From: Eledone cirrhosa | Lineage: Eukaryota | Direction of reading: 5' to 3' | Length of the DNA stretch: 64,000 bases | Assembly: GCA_964016885.1 (NCBI GenBank) | Contig: OZ024754.1 | Location: forward strand, 37,386,001 to 37,450,000 | Shown here: one piece after another, positions 13,753-28,451 of the stretch | How positions within the stretch are numbered: position 1 is the first letter of the stretch | How the letters are laid out: the number at the start of each line of letters is the position of its first letter | The notes under the pieces: model-generated | Database searches by the model: none | What the model was told of the DNA's origin: nothing | The model's input: the letters and a program-made list of their open reading frames with translations, nothing else | Made by a program: the position numbers and the translations under genes

Positions 13753-14876
13753 CTATATGTATGTATGCACTAAGGAGGTTTCCACATTTTTGACACTCCA
13801 CAAGAGTCATCACAACCCTTTGTTTGGCAGGTTTTCTATGGCCGGATGCCCTTCCTTTCACCAACCACCTTATATATTCTGAAGAGGTAGCAATTATATC
13901 AAAGTTTCACTTATTGTTCTGAAAGCTAGATGAGAATTTGGAGGCTTTATTGTCTCAACAAAGCACAAGAATATCTAAATAAGCAATCAACACACTATTA
14001 TATGTGTTTGTTTGTGTATTCTTTAGGGATTTAGGTTTTTAGGTTGTTTATCCTACAGACCGACTTGCATGCGTGTGTCTGTGTGTGTCTGTGTGTGTCT
14101 GTGTGTGTCTGCATGAGAAACATTTCAACAGTATCACTAGGAATGGTTATTAAATTAATTCTCTTACATCTATTCACTCTGCGGAAGTTTTTTGTTTCTT
14201 AAATATGTAGTTGTACGAAACATGGTGCAGGCAGGCATTATTGTAGAAAGCGCAGTAGAATAGAAAGCCAGACAAAAATAAATGCATGAAATAATATAAA
14301 AAAGAAATATTTATATGCTTCTTTAATCAATTATTATTTTGATGAACAATCAGTGGATTGATTTTTACATTGAATGTCCATTATGGAAGAAGCATAATCT
14401 GTACAGAATTTGATGAAATGCCAATGAACAACAAATGGAATTGAAAGGTGATTCATAAATGTTTGTCAGATCTGTTATTTTCAAAAGTAGTTCCACTTCT
14501 AAACAATAAAAATCAATTATAAACACAACAATGTTAGCATGTTTTCTGTAATATAGATTCTGTGTGTGTTTTACATAGCATTCAGATCCATATCATGAAG
14601 AACAGAGATCAATACTATTAACTCATTTGTTAGAGAATGTAGTCCATAATTTAGTTTGTTATCAACTATGTATATGGCTATGCGATAGCATTTGTAAAAC
14701 ATATTGAAGGTAGATTGAAAAAATATGTTAAATGCAAATATCTTACAAAATGTTTAAGATACTTTTCTTGGCAGTCATCTAGTGCATTGATGAGCTTATA
14801 AAACTATTTCTTTTTGCTAAAAGAAAAATCTCTCAATCAGCAGCCTTTTCTTTTTTGTTTATTTTTAAGCTTAATA

Positions 14877-15225
14877 TCATCATCATCACCATTTTCCATG
14901 TTAGTATGTATTAGACAAGTTGTCCTGTTGTGAGTAATGCTAGGTCAGGTGACCATGTCTTGCTCATAAAAAAACTGATTTTGACCTAGTTTCTAAAGCT
15001 GGATGCCCTTCCTAACGTCAACCACATTTACAGTGTGTGCTGGGTGCTTTTTGTTGTGATGCCTACATGACCACTTTACAGTGTAGACTGGGTGCTTTTT
15101 GTCATGGCACCTACATGACCACTTTACAGTGTGGACTGGGTGCTTTTTGTCATGGCACCTACACGACCACTTTACAGTGTGGACTGGGTGCTTTTTGTAA
15201 TGGCACCAACACGACCACTTTACTG
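14877..15225 (-). mobile_element. RTE-related element with 48-bp repeats (~4 units)
   Basis: Same motif family. Confidence 0.75.
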
Positions 15226-16676
15226 TAATAATAAATATTTATTAAATTTTGTTCAATTTGCAACTTCTGGGAGAATTATAGGGGTACTGTATTGACACAG
15301 CATTTCTAGGGCAATTTTAAACCTGGTGGAGCCCATCTCCTCTCCAGGTCTGAATACAGCAGATTTCTTCCAGAGAAGGATAGCGAGAGAGAGAGAGAGT
15401 GAGAGAATGGAATTGAGAAAGAGATATAGAGAACAAACCAACTCCAGTATATGACTGGTACTTTCTTTTATGGATCTCAAATGGGATTTGAGCTCACAGA
15501 GCAGAAAGTCAGAACAAATACTGCAAAGCATTCTATCCAACATTCTAATGACTTTCCCAATTTGTGACTGTATGGTACTTGATTTAACTCTTAACAAAAA
15601 GCATAATACATACTACCAAGACATACTGAATTGCAAGCGACAGTTGTAGTAATTTGTATTTTATTATATATTAATAATAACAACACAATTATATGATCAA
15701 AGAGTTAGTTGTCTAGATTCAGTGGTTTCACATAGACCTTTTTCATAATGAGTCAGTCATACAAAGTATTCATTGAACTCTACTTCAGCCTCGGTCAACA
15801 CTTGTTAAAAACAGAATTTATTATACCTAATATTAATAAAAAAAAATACTTGCGGTCAAAAGTCACAAAAACAAAACATCATATGATGGAATATAATAAA
15901 AGATGGTGGTATATGGTGATGTATGGTGGTGTATGGTGGTTGTGTAAAGTGAAGAAAGCTAGAGAGAGTTTGATTTCTGATGAAAGTCATATACATTCAC
16001 TTTCATTTTATTACAAATTTGTTTTTGTATGTATGTATGTATGTATGTATGTATGTATGTATGTATGTATGTATGTATGTATGTATGTATGTATGTATGT
16101 ATCTATGTATATATGTATGTATGTATGTATGAGTGTGTGTGTGTGTGTTTGTGTATATATGTACATTTATATTTGAGTATATGTGTATGTATCTATTTAT
16201 CAATGTAAGTATGCATACGTACACACACACATATATATATATATACATACATACACACACACACACATATATACATATATGTACGTATGGGTTTTATCGA
16301 ATACTAATAATAATATTCGATTCGTTTGTAAACAAATGGAGCAATTTGAGGCCGTGCCGTGCCGGGTGACCGATTGTCACCTGTTTGTATCAGCTGTGCT
16401 AGGGTGAGAAATAAAATTCTAATTTTATTATCTATTTATCACATCTTTTTCTTGGTTGCATTAAATGCCAAGTACATGCTTGCATATGCCCTACTTCTGT
16501 TGATGGCACCTACATCTCACCACACATCTACATCTACATTTCTCCAACTTCTTTTAAGGGCGTATACAATTCTCTATCCTCAAAATGAATAAATTTGTTG
16601 GGTTAAAGATGCACTCTCTTTTGTGACATATATCATTCAACATCTCTCTTTCATTTTACTGGTACATGTAAGTCAT

Positions 16677-17283
16677 TGCCGTCAAGGTGCTTTTGTTGTT
16701 TGGATGAAAGCGCCCATGTTTCACTTCCATATTAGCAAGATTGGTTGAATTGTTACTTGGAAGAGTCTGATCTGGTGACACTTACACTCGCCTGCTTCAA
16801 CACATTCAGAATATAAGCTGGCGACATCTGACTTAGAGAAAGATATAAGCTGGTGATATCTGACTTAGAGAGAGATATAAGCTGGTGATATCTGACTTAG
16901 AGAGAGATATAAGCTGGCGACATCTGACTTAGAGAGAGATATAAGCTGGCGACATCTGACTTAGAGAGAGATATATGCCGGCCTCCCACACATATCTGTT
17001 GTTGTATGTAAAAAGGAGAGTAAGATATGCTGGCGACTGCCATCGTGCCACCTACGAGGCTGTGTCCCCATTAGTGCTTTGGAAACCACAAGTCATTAAT
17101 AACAGTCATTAATAACAGTCATAACCACAGTCATTAATAACAGGGGTTGCAAGCTTTCCTACCCCGATGTCATCTCTAGAGATTCTGGTGTTGAAATCTA
17201 GGACTTGGCAACAGCAATGAATGACAGACCCACGTGGAGATGAATTGTTGAGTCCATTTTGGCTGTGGCTGCCGGATGATGAT
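16677..17283 (+). mobile_element. 5'-inverted RTE LINE insertion with 32-bp internal tandem repeat
   Basis: Minus segment QIRLFQVTIQPILL/YGSETWALSSKQQKHLDG; plus segment TYTRLLQHIQNISWRH..VKRRVRYAG..LVLWKP..; (TGA)n tail; candidate TSD GTCATTG. Confidence 0.78.
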
Positions 17284-17417
17284 GTCATTGATTTTGACTC
17301 CCAATAATTGGAATAAGCAGTTGCTGATGTTCTTGCTGTTTACTATATTTACTACTATTGAAATTTATATTTCCTATATTTCCAACCCTATTTTTGCTTG
17401 TGTCTACCATTACACAG

Positions 17418-20400
17418 CTGTGTTTGACCCTTTACATTACTCTATATATATATATACTGTGGTTGACCCTTTACATTACTCTATATATATATATATACTG
17501 TGGTTGACCCTTTACATTACTCTATATATATACTGTGGTTGACCCTTTACATTACTCTATATATATATACTGTGGTTGACCCTTTACATTACTCTATATA
17601 TATATACTGTGGTTGACCCTTTACATTACTCTCTATATATACTGTGGTTGACCCTTTACATTACTCTATATATATACTGTGGTTGACTCTTTACATTACT
17701 CTATATATATATACTGTGTTTGACCCTTTACATTACTCTCTCTATATATATATACTGTGTTTGACCCTTTACATTACTCTATATATATATACTGTGGTTG
17801 ACCCTTTACATTACTCTATATATATATACTGTGTTTGACCCTTTACATTACTCTATATATATATACTGTGGTTGACCCTTTACATTACTCTATATATATA
17901 TATATACTGTGTTTGACCCTTTACATTACTCTATATATATATACTGTGTTTGACCCTTTACATTACTCTATATATATATATACTGTGGTTGACCCTTTAC
18001 ATTACTCTATATATATATACTGTGGTTGACCCTTTACATTACTCTATATATATATACTGTGGTTGACCCTTTACATTACTCTATATATATACTGTGTTTG
18101 ACCCTTTACATTACTCTATATATATATACTGTGGTTGACCCTTTACATTACTCTATATATATACTGTGGTTGACCCTTTACATTACTCTATATATATATA
18201 CTGTGTTTGACCCTTTACATTACTCTATATATATATACTGTGTTTGACCCTTTACATTACTCTATATATATACTGTGGTTGACCCTTTACATTACTCTAT
18301 ATATATATACTGTGGTTGACCCTTTACATTACTCTATATATATATACTGTGGTTGACCCTTTACATTACTCTATATATATACTGTGTTTGACCCTTTACA
18401 TTACTCTATATATATACTGTGTTTGACTCTTTACATTACTCTATATATATATACTGTGGTTGACCCTTTACATTACTCTATATATATACTGTGGTTGACC
18501 CTTTACATTACTCTATATATATATATACTGTGGTTGACCCTTTACATTACTCTATATATATACTGTGGTTGACCCTTTACATTACTCTATATATATATAT
18601 ACTGTGGTTGACCCTTTACATTACTCTATATACTGTGGTTGACCCTTTACATTACTCTATATATATATATACTGTGTTTGACCCTTTACATTATATATAT
18701 ATACTGTGGTTGACCCTTTACATTACTCTATATATATATATATACTGTGTTTGACCCTTTACATTACTCTATATATATATATATATATACTGTGGTTGAC
18801 CCTTTACATTACTCTATATATATATACTGTGTTTGACCCTTTACATTACTCTATATATATATATATACTGTGGTTGACTCTTTACATAATATATATATAC
18901 TGTGGTTGACCCTTTACATTACTCTATATATATATACTGTGTTTGACCCTTTACATTACTCTATATATATATACTGTGGTTGACTCTTTACATTATATAT
19001 ATATATATACTGTGGTTGACCCTTTACATTACTCTATATATATATACTGTGTTTGACCCTTTACATTATATATATATACTGTGGTTGACCCTTTACATTA
19101 CTCTATATATATATATATACTGTGGTTGACCCTTTACATTACTCTATATATATACTGTGGTTGACCCTTTACATTACTCTATATATATATACTGTGGTTG
19201 ACCCTTTACATTACTCTATATATATATACTGTGGTTGACCCTTTACATTACTCTCTATATATACTGTGGTTGACCCTTTACATTACTCTATATATATACT
19301 GTGGTTGACTCTTTACATTACTCTATATATATATACTGTGTTTGACCCTTTACATTACTCTCTCTATATATATATACTGTGTTTGACCCTTTACATTACT
19401 CTATATATATATACTGTGGTTGACCCTTTACATTACTCTATATATATATATATATACTGTGTTTGACCCTTTACATTACTCTATATATATATACTGTGGT
19501 TGACCCTTTACATTACTCTATATATATATATATATACTGTGTTTGACCCTTTACATTACTCTATATATATATACTGTGTTTGACCCTTTACATTACTCTA
19601 TATATATATACTGTGGTTGACCCTTTACATTACTCTATATATATATACTGTGGTTGACCCTTTACATTACTCTATATATATATACTGTGGTTGACCCTTT
19701 ACATTACTCTATATATATACTGTGTTTGACCCTTTACATTACTCTATATATATATACTGTGGTTGACCCTTTACATTACTCTATATATATACTGTGGTTG
19801 ACCCTTTACATTACTCTATATATATATACTGTGTTTGACCCTTTACATTACTCTATATATATATACTGTGTTTGACCCTTTACATTACTCTATATATATA
19901 CTGTGGTTGACCCTTTACATTACTCTATATATATATACTGTGGTTGACCCTTTACATTACTCTATATATATATACTGTGGTTGACCCTTTACATTACTCT
20001 ATATATATACTGTGTTTGACCCTTTACATTACTCTATATATATACTGTGTTTGACTCTTTACATTACTCTATATATATATACTGTGGTTGACCCTTTACA
20101 TTACTCTATATATATACTGTGGTTGACCCTTTACATTACTCTATATATATATATACTGTGGTTGACCCTTTACATTACTCTATATATATACTGTGGTTGA
20201 CCCTTTACATTACTCTATATATATATATACTGTGGTTGACCCTTTACATTACTCTATATACTGTGGTTGACCCTTTACATTACTCTATATATATATATAC
20301 TGTGTTTGACCCTTTACATTATATATATATACTGTGGTTGACCCTTTACATTACTCTATATATATATATATATATACTGTGTTTGACTCTTTACATTACT

Positions 20401-23400
20401 CTATATATATATATATATATATACTGTGGTTGACCCTTTACATTACTCTATATATATATACTGTGTTTGACCCTTTACATTACTCTATATATATATATAT
20501 ACTGTGGTTGACTCTTTACATAATATATATATACTGTGGTTGACCCTTTACATTACTCTATATATATATACTGTGTTTGACCCTTTACATTACTCTATAT
20601 ATATATACTGTGGTTGACTCTTTACATTATATATATATATATACTGTGGTTGACCCTTTACATTACTCTATATATATATACTGTGTTTGACCCTTTACAT
20701 TATATATATATACTGTGGTTGACCCTTTACATTACTCTATATATATATATATACTGTGTTTGACCCTTTACATTACTCTATATATATATACTGTGGTTGA
20801 CCCTTTACATTACTCTATATATATACTGTGTTTGACCCTTTACATTACTCTATATATATATATACTGTGGTTGACCCTTTACATTACTCTATATACTGTG
20901 GTTGACCCTTTACATTACTCTATATATATATATACTGTGTTTGACCCTTTACATTATATATATATACTGTGGTTGACCCTTTACATTACTCTATATATAT
21001 ATATATACTGTGTTTGACCCTTTACATTACTCTATATATATATACTGTGGTTGACCCTTTACATTACTCTATATATATACTGTGTTTGACCCTTTACATT
21101 ACTCTATATATATATATACTGTGGTTGACCCTTTACATTACTCTATATACTGTGGTTGACCCTTTACATTACTCTATATATATACTGTGTTTGACCCTTT
21201 ACATTATATATATATACTGTGGTTGACCCTTTACATTACTCTATATATATATATATACTGTGTTTGACCCTTTACATTACTCTATATATATACTGTGGTT
21301 GACCCTTTACATTACTCTATATATATATATACTGTGGTTGACCCTTTACATTACTCTATATATATATACTGTGGTTGACCCTTTACATTACTCTCTATAT
21401 ATACTGTGGTTGACCCTTTACATTACTCTATATATATACTGTGGTTGACTCTTTACATTACTCTATATATATATACTGTGTTTGACCCTTTACATTACTC
21501 TCTCTATATATATATATACTGTGTTTGACCCTTTACATTACTCTATATATATATACTGTGGTTGACCCTTTACATTACTCTATATATATATATATATACT
21601 GTGTTTGACCCTTTACATTACTCTATATATATATACTGTGGTTGACCCTTTACATTACTCTATATATATATATATACTGTGTTTGACCCTTTACATTACT
21701 CTATATATATATACTGTGTTTGACCCTTTACATTACTCTATATATATATACTGTGGTTGACCCTTTACATTACTCTATATATATATACTGTGGTTGACCC
21801 TTTACATTACTCTATATATATATACTGTGGTTGACCCTTTACATTACTCTATATATATACTGTGTTTGACCCTTTACATTACTCTATATATATATACTGT
21901 GGTTGACCCTTTACATTACTCTATATATATACTGTGGTTGACCCTTTACATTACTCTATATATATATACTGTGTTTGACCCTTTACATTACTCTATATAT
22001 ATATACTGTGTTTGACCCTTTACATTACTCTATATATATACTGTGGTTGACCCTTTACATTACTCTATATATATATACTGTGGTTGACCCTTTACATTAC
22101 TCTATATATATATACTGTGGTTGACCCTTTACATTACTCTATATATATACTGTGTTTGACCCTTTACATTACTCTATATATATACTGTGTTTGACTCTTT
22201 ACATTACTCTATATATATATACTGTGGTTGACCCTTTACATTACTCTATATATATACTGTGGTTGACCCTTTACATTACTCTATATATATATATACTGTG
22301 GTTGACCCTTTACATTACTCTATATATATACTGTGGTTGACCCTTTACATTACTCTATATATATATATACTGTGGTTAACCCTTTACATTACTCTATATA
22401 CTGTGGTTGACCCTTTACATTACTCTATATATATATATACTGTGTTTGACCCTTTACATTATATATATATACTGTGGTTGACCCTTTACATTACTCTATA
22501 TATATATATATACTGTGTTTGACCCTTTACATTACTCTATATATATATATATATATACTGTGGTTGACCCTTTACATTACTCTATATATATATACTGTGT
22601 TTGACCCTTTACATTACTCTATATATATATATATACTGTGGTTGACTCTTTACATAATATATATATACTGTGGTTGACCCTTTACATTACTCTATATATA
22701 TATACTGTGTTTGACCCTTTACATTACTCTATATATATATACTGTGGTTGACTCTTTACATTATATATATATATATACTGTGGTTGACCCTTTACATTAC
22801 TCTATATATATATACTGTGTTTGACCCTTTACATTATATATATATACTGTGGTTGACCCTTTACATTACTCTATATATATATATATACTGTGTTTGACCC
22901 TTTACATTACTCTATATATATATACTGTGGTTGACCCTTTACATTACTCTATATATATACTGTGTTTGACCCTTTACATTACTCTATATATATATATACT
23001 GTGGTTGACCCTTTACATTACTCTATATACTGTGGTTGACCCTTTACATTACTCTATATATATATATACTGTGTTTGACCCTTTACATTATATATATATA
23101 CTGTGGTTGACCCTTTACATTACTCTATATATATATATATATACTGTGTTTGACCCTTTACATTACTCTATATATATATATATACTGTGGTTGACTCTTT
23201 ACATAATATATATATACTGTGGTTGACCCTTTACATTACTCTATATATATATACTGTGTTTGACCCTTTACATTACTCTATATATATATACTGTGGTTGA
23301 CTCTTTACATTATATATATATATATACTGTGGTTGACCCTTTACATTACTCTATATATATATACTGTGGTTGACCCTTTACATTACTCTATATATATATA

Positions 23401-23418
23401 CTGTGGTTGACCCTTTAC

Positions 23419-23421
<3 letters not shown>
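17418..23421. repeat. 6-kb satellite, unit CTGTG(G/T)TTGACCCTTTACATTACTC(TA)n (~30-45 bp), with higher-order structure
   Basis: Direct inspection; identical ORFs recur at offsets of ~1.62-1.63 kb and ~2.13-2.14 kb. Confidence 0.97.
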
Positions 23422-23457
<36 letters not shown>

Positions 23458-23461
<4 letters not shown>

Positions 23462-23615
23462 TAGAATTTTGAGACTTATTTTAGGACAAAAGTAGTGTCT
23501 TCGGTGCATGGTAAACACTTTATTTCACACACTTTATTTGCCGGCACCGAAGACACTACTTTTGTCCTAAAATAAGTCTCAAAATTCTACCATGCGTCCT
23601 GGAGGCCGAAAGTTG
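23458..23615. mobile_element. Fold-back element between (TA)n tracts
   Basis: Perfect ~50-bp inverted arms 23458-23507 / 23544-23593 plus a short tail. Confidence 0.7.
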
Positions 23616-23629
23616 TATATATATTTTTT

Positions 23630-23795
23630 TTCTAATTACCCCAGTGCATTACTGGTACTTTATTTTATCGACCCTGTAAGGATGAAAGATAAAGTTAACC
23701 TCGGCGGGATTTGAACTCAGAATGGCAAGGGCCGTAACTCTATGCGTCAAAACATAGCATTCAACCCTCTACCGATACTGCCAATCCACCATCCT
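23630..23795 (-). mobile_element. tRNA-related SINE with Nin-like core (GCCTTTCATCCTTACGGGGTCGATAAAATAAAGTACCAG)
   Basis: B box GAGTTCAAATCC and (ATT)n tail; many copies in window. Confidence 0.75.
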
Positions 23796-24604
23796 AATAA
23801 TAATATGATGATGATGATGATTTATCTTTAGATAAAAGAATTATCGACCAGCAATAATATGCACTTCTATTGCCTTATTAAAACCTCAACGCTTAAGTTC
23901 CTTCGAGATTTGTCTGCTCAAAATACCTGAGTTTCCACAATTCTCTCTGCAATTGCTTTTCTTTCACCATGCAGATTTTCTTTTAGAAAACAATGAAAGA
24001 ATGGCTTCCTTTAATATCGATTGTTTTGTTCAATAACTTCTCTCTTTTTCTTCATCTTCTATAGAACTTTCACACTAAAAATATTTTAATTCTCGAGCCT
24101 TATCTAAACAACAGAGTAGTTACCTTCATTCTATTTTTGTCACTACTACTCTATGTATCAATCTATGTTGCTTTGTATGTGTATGTGTGTATGTGTACTT
24201 GTATGTGCATGCATGTGCGTAAGACATAAGTTCTTTTGAATCTTCTGCTCGTGTTTATAAGCACACATGTTCAGGAAATCTGCCTTCTACACTCAACACA
24301 CATTTTCTCCATTTCAACAAACTTTTCTATTTTGGGTGAACATTTTTTTTTTCTAGTAAAATGTGACTTCAGTGTTTGCAGTTCATCTCTCTACAAATTA
24401 TTTTATCTCCCTCAGTTTTCTTTATTCTCCATTTCATTCTTTTTAAGTTCATTTTAAAAGTTTTTCTCTGTTTGTATTCTTCTTAATGTTACACATTTCT
24501 TTAGAGTTTATTCTGCAATGGCTTCCATTGCAGTATAAGAATCTCATGATGTTCCCTAGCAAACCACAAAAAAAAATTCATCTATTGAAAGCTGTGGTAG
24601 AAAA

Positions 24605-25130
24605 TAATAATAATAATTGTTTCTACTTTTGGCACAAGGCCAGCAATTACCCAGTGCATTACTGGTACTTTATTTTATCGACCCCGCAAGGATGAAAAAG
24701 CAATGTTAACCTCGACGGGATTTGAACTCAGAATGGCAAGGGCCATAACTCTATGCGTCAAAGCATGGCATCCGACACTCAACCAATACTGCCAATCCAC
24801 CGCAATTTCCAGCAAAGAGTTACGGCCCTTGCCATTCTGAGTTCAAATCCCGTCGAGGTTAACTTTGCTTTTTCATCCTTGCGGGGTCGATAAATAATAA
24901 TAATAATAATAATGGTTTCTTATATAGGCACAAGGCCAGCATATTTTGGGGGAGGGGGAAGTCGATTAAATCGACCCAAGCGCATGACTGGTACTTTCTT
25001 TTATCGACCCCGTAAGGATGAAAGGCAAAGTTAACCTCGGCGGGATTTGAACTCAGAATGGCAAGGGCCGTAACTCTATGCGTCAAAGCATGGCGTCCGA
25101 CCCTCTACCGATACTGCCAATCCACTGCCC
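24605..25130 (-). mobile_element. Cluster of Nin-like SINEs (two minus copies, one short plus fragment ~24818-24893)
   Basis: Same core and tail motifs. Confidence 0.78.
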
Positions 25131-25811
25131 TAGGATGAAAAATAATAAAAATTATAGTTTCTAGGCCAACAAATTTGAAGGAACAGAGGGGAAATCTATT
25201 AACTCAACCCTGTACTTGACAAGTTCTATATTTTTTAGATCTTGCCAGGACAAAGAGGACTGGACTGAATACTTTAAAGCATTTATTTTGATGAATTTTT
25301 TAACAATTTTGCCAATCTACCACCATTTATTTTATTGAACCCAAAAAAGGATGACAGACAAAGTTGAATTCAGGAGGATTTGAACTCAGAACGTAAAAAG
25401 CCATAAATAAAGACCACGATGTTGAATTACAATAAACATTACAAAGATGGAAAACAAAATTTTTTTCAAATTTCTGTGATTTGTTTTTCTTTATGTCTGC
25501 CATCTTAGTGAAAGTATAGATAACTAATTGGATTATTTCTGAGTTGAACATAATGACGAGTGTACAACAAAGAAGAAAACTGAGGGGAATATCTTTTCTG
25601 GGAAATTTCATTAATTTTGGTAGAATTCTAATGAAAACATGGATAAAGAAATAGGTCAGAACTGCTACTTATTTCTCGTGTTCATATATTTCTGCCTTAA
25701 ATTACAGATTCGTAACTTGATACAGAGGTGAAAAATTGGATTTCATCCTTACTGGCTCAATAAAACCACTAACTGCTGTCTCTCTTTGTATATATAAACA
25801 CTAGCAACTTG

Positions 25812-26000
25812 TGGGATTGGCAGTATCAGTAGAGGGTCGGACGCCATGCTTTCCAGCATAGTTACGTCCCTTTACAGTCTGAGTTCAAATCCCGTCGAGG
25901 TTAAATTTGCCTTTCATCCTTATGGGGTCGATGAAATGAAGTACCAGTAATGTACTGGGGGTAATTGCTGGCCTTGTGCTAAAAGTAGAAACAATTATTA
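25812..26000 (+). mobile_element. Nin-like SINE
   Basis: GGATTGGCAGTATC.. head, B box, core, tail GTAGAAACAATTATTA. Confidence 0.78.
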
Positions 26001-26139
26001 TAGATAGTGATAGTAGACTCTCCCTCATATTTTTAATACTTCACTACCTCCTTATGGACAACTGATGCTGCACACCAGGAGGTCCGAACACAGGAGAGCC
26101 AACCTCCCACTATCATCACCTCCATCTCTCTCGCCCTCC

Positions 26140-26365
26140 CCATCTCTCTGTATTATGAGCAAAAGGTGTCCCATGTGCTGGCCACTCCATGACCCCGGGG
26201 GACAGAATGGAGAAGGCATTTCTCCGGAGGATGGTAAGGGAGATGCGCTGGAAGAGCCATTCCATCTTGTGAAGCTCACACCTGCAGCTAGCCAGCTCAG
26301 TGCCAATGGTAGTAAGTAGGAAGGTAGCCCTAGAGCCAAGGATACCAGAAGTCTCCACTGCTAGG
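26140..26365 (-). mobile_element. CRE-like non-LTR retrotransposon 3' fragment
   Basis: VETSGILGSRATFLLTTIGTELA..EWLFQRISLTILRRNAFSILS. Confidence 0.7.
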
Positions 26366-26611
26366 GGCTCAATAAAATAAAGAACCAGTAATATATTGGG
26401 GTTGATGTAATCAACTTTTCTTCTCCACCCAAAATTGTTGGCCTTGTACCTAAGTTTATTATTATTATCATTATAAGGGTAGTGGATAAGCAGTGTCGTT
26501 CGAGTGTTGGAAAAATGTTTTGTGACATTTAGTTACAGCCCTTTACATTCTGAGTTCAAATCCTGCCATGGTCAAATTTGCCTTTTATCCCTTCAATGTC
26601 AATAAAATAAA

Positions 26612-26802
26612 GTAATTGTTTCTACTTTAGGCACAAGGCCAGCAATTATCCAGTGCATTACTGGTACTTTATTTTATCGACCCCGTAAGGATGAAAGGCA
26701 AAGTCAACCTCGGCGGAATTTTAAATCAGATCGTAAAGGGACGTAACTATGCTGGAAAGCATAGCGTCCAACCCACTACCGATATTGCCAATCCACCGCC
26801 CT
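26612..26802 (-). mobile_element. Nin-like SINE
   Basis: Full-length copy inserted within an older plus-strand SINE (26477-26860). Confidence 0.78.
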
Positions 26803-27124
26803 TAATAAAATAAAGTAATAGTCAAGTATTGGGGTTGATGTAATTGATTTTCCTCTGTCCCCTAATTGGCAGAGCCATGAGATAGAATGCTTTATGTTAT
26901 TTGTTCTAGATCTCTGATCTCTAAGTTCAAATCCTGCTGAGGCCAACTTTGCTTTTCTTCCTTATGAGATTGATAAAAAAAAGCCAGTCAAGTCGAGTAC
27001 TGGGGAGATTCTTCCTCTATATCTCTTATATTGATATATTGATTTATATATATATAAGTATTGAGTACTCTGGTGAGTAATGGTTTAACTGGTTTTTACT
27101 GCTTCCATTCTGATTTATATATAT

Positions 27125-28411
27125 CATCAGCATTATCATCGTTATCATCGTTTAATGTCCATCGTCCACGCTAGCACGGGTTGGAAGGTTTTGTTCTATT
27201 TGATGCGGGATTGGTCGGGAGACCGTGTCTCGCTCGTACAGAACTGTTCCTGGCAGGTTTTCTACGGTTGGATGCCCTTCCTAACACCAATCACATTTAC
27301 AGTGTGGACTGGGAGCCTTTTTACCGTGTCTCCTACACGACCACTTTACAGTGTGGACCGAGTGCTTTTTACCACGTCTCCTACGTGACCACTTTACAGT
27401 GTGGACCGAGTGCTTTTTACCATGTCTCCTACGTGACCACTTTACAGTGTGGACTGGGTGCTTTTTGTCGTGTCACACCGACATGACCACTTTACAGTGT
27501 GGACTGAGTGCTTTTTACCATGTCTTCTACACAACCACTTTACAGTGTGGACCGAGTGCTTTTTACCATGTCTCCTACGTGACCACTTTACAGTGTGGAC
27601 TGGGTGCTTTTTGTCGTGTCACACCGACATGACCACTTTACAGTGTGGACTGAGTGCTTTTTACCATGTCTCCTACGTGACCACTTTACAGTGTGGACTG
27701 GGTGCTTTTTGTCGTGTCACACCGACATGACCACTTTACAGTGTGGACTGAGTGCTTTTTACCATGTCTTTTACACAACCACTTTACAGTGTGGACCGAG
27801 TGCTTTTTACCATGTCTCCTACGTGACCACTTTACAGTGTGGACTAGGTGCTTTTTGTCATGTCACACCGACATGACCACTTTACAGTGTGGACTGAGTG
27901 CTTTTACCACGTCTCCTACATGACCACTTTACAGTGTGGACTGAGTGCTTTTTACCATGTCTCCTACACAACCACTTTACAGTGTGGACTGAGTGCTTTT
28001 TACCATGTCTCCTACACAACCACTTTACAGTGTGGACTGAGTGCTTTTTACCATGTCTCCTACACAACCACTTTACAGTGTGGACTGAGTGCTTTTTACC
28101 ATGTCTCCTACACAACCACTTTACAGTGTGGACTGGGAACCTTTTTACCATGTCTCCTACACAACCACTTTACAGTGTGGACTGATTGCTTTTTACCATG
28201 TCTCCTACACAACCACTTTACAGTGTGGACTGGGAACCTTTTTACCATGTCACCGACACGACCACTTTACAGTGTACGGAAGTGGGACGATGGAGTAGGG
28301 TGTGTGGGGTGGGGTGTATATTGAGTTAAGAGGTGCGTATTGACTGTAGGTTTAAGTTTGTATGCAAGGTAAGGCAGGTCTTCTGTACAACTGCATAGCA
28401 CCAAATATCTC
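27125..28411 (-). mobile_element. RTE-related element with 49-bp minisatellite (~20 units, 27295-28275)
   Basis: Tandem ACCACTTTACAGTGTGGAC units between the element head and the (TGA)n tail. Confidence 0.88.
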
Positions 28412-28420
28412 AATATATAC

Positions 28421-28451
<31 letters not shown>

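Noticed and set aside
17418-23421. CRISPR-like appearance (constant ~24-nt repeat with variable spacers)
   Set aside because: Spacers are only (TA)n length variants; eukaryotic context; no cas genes.
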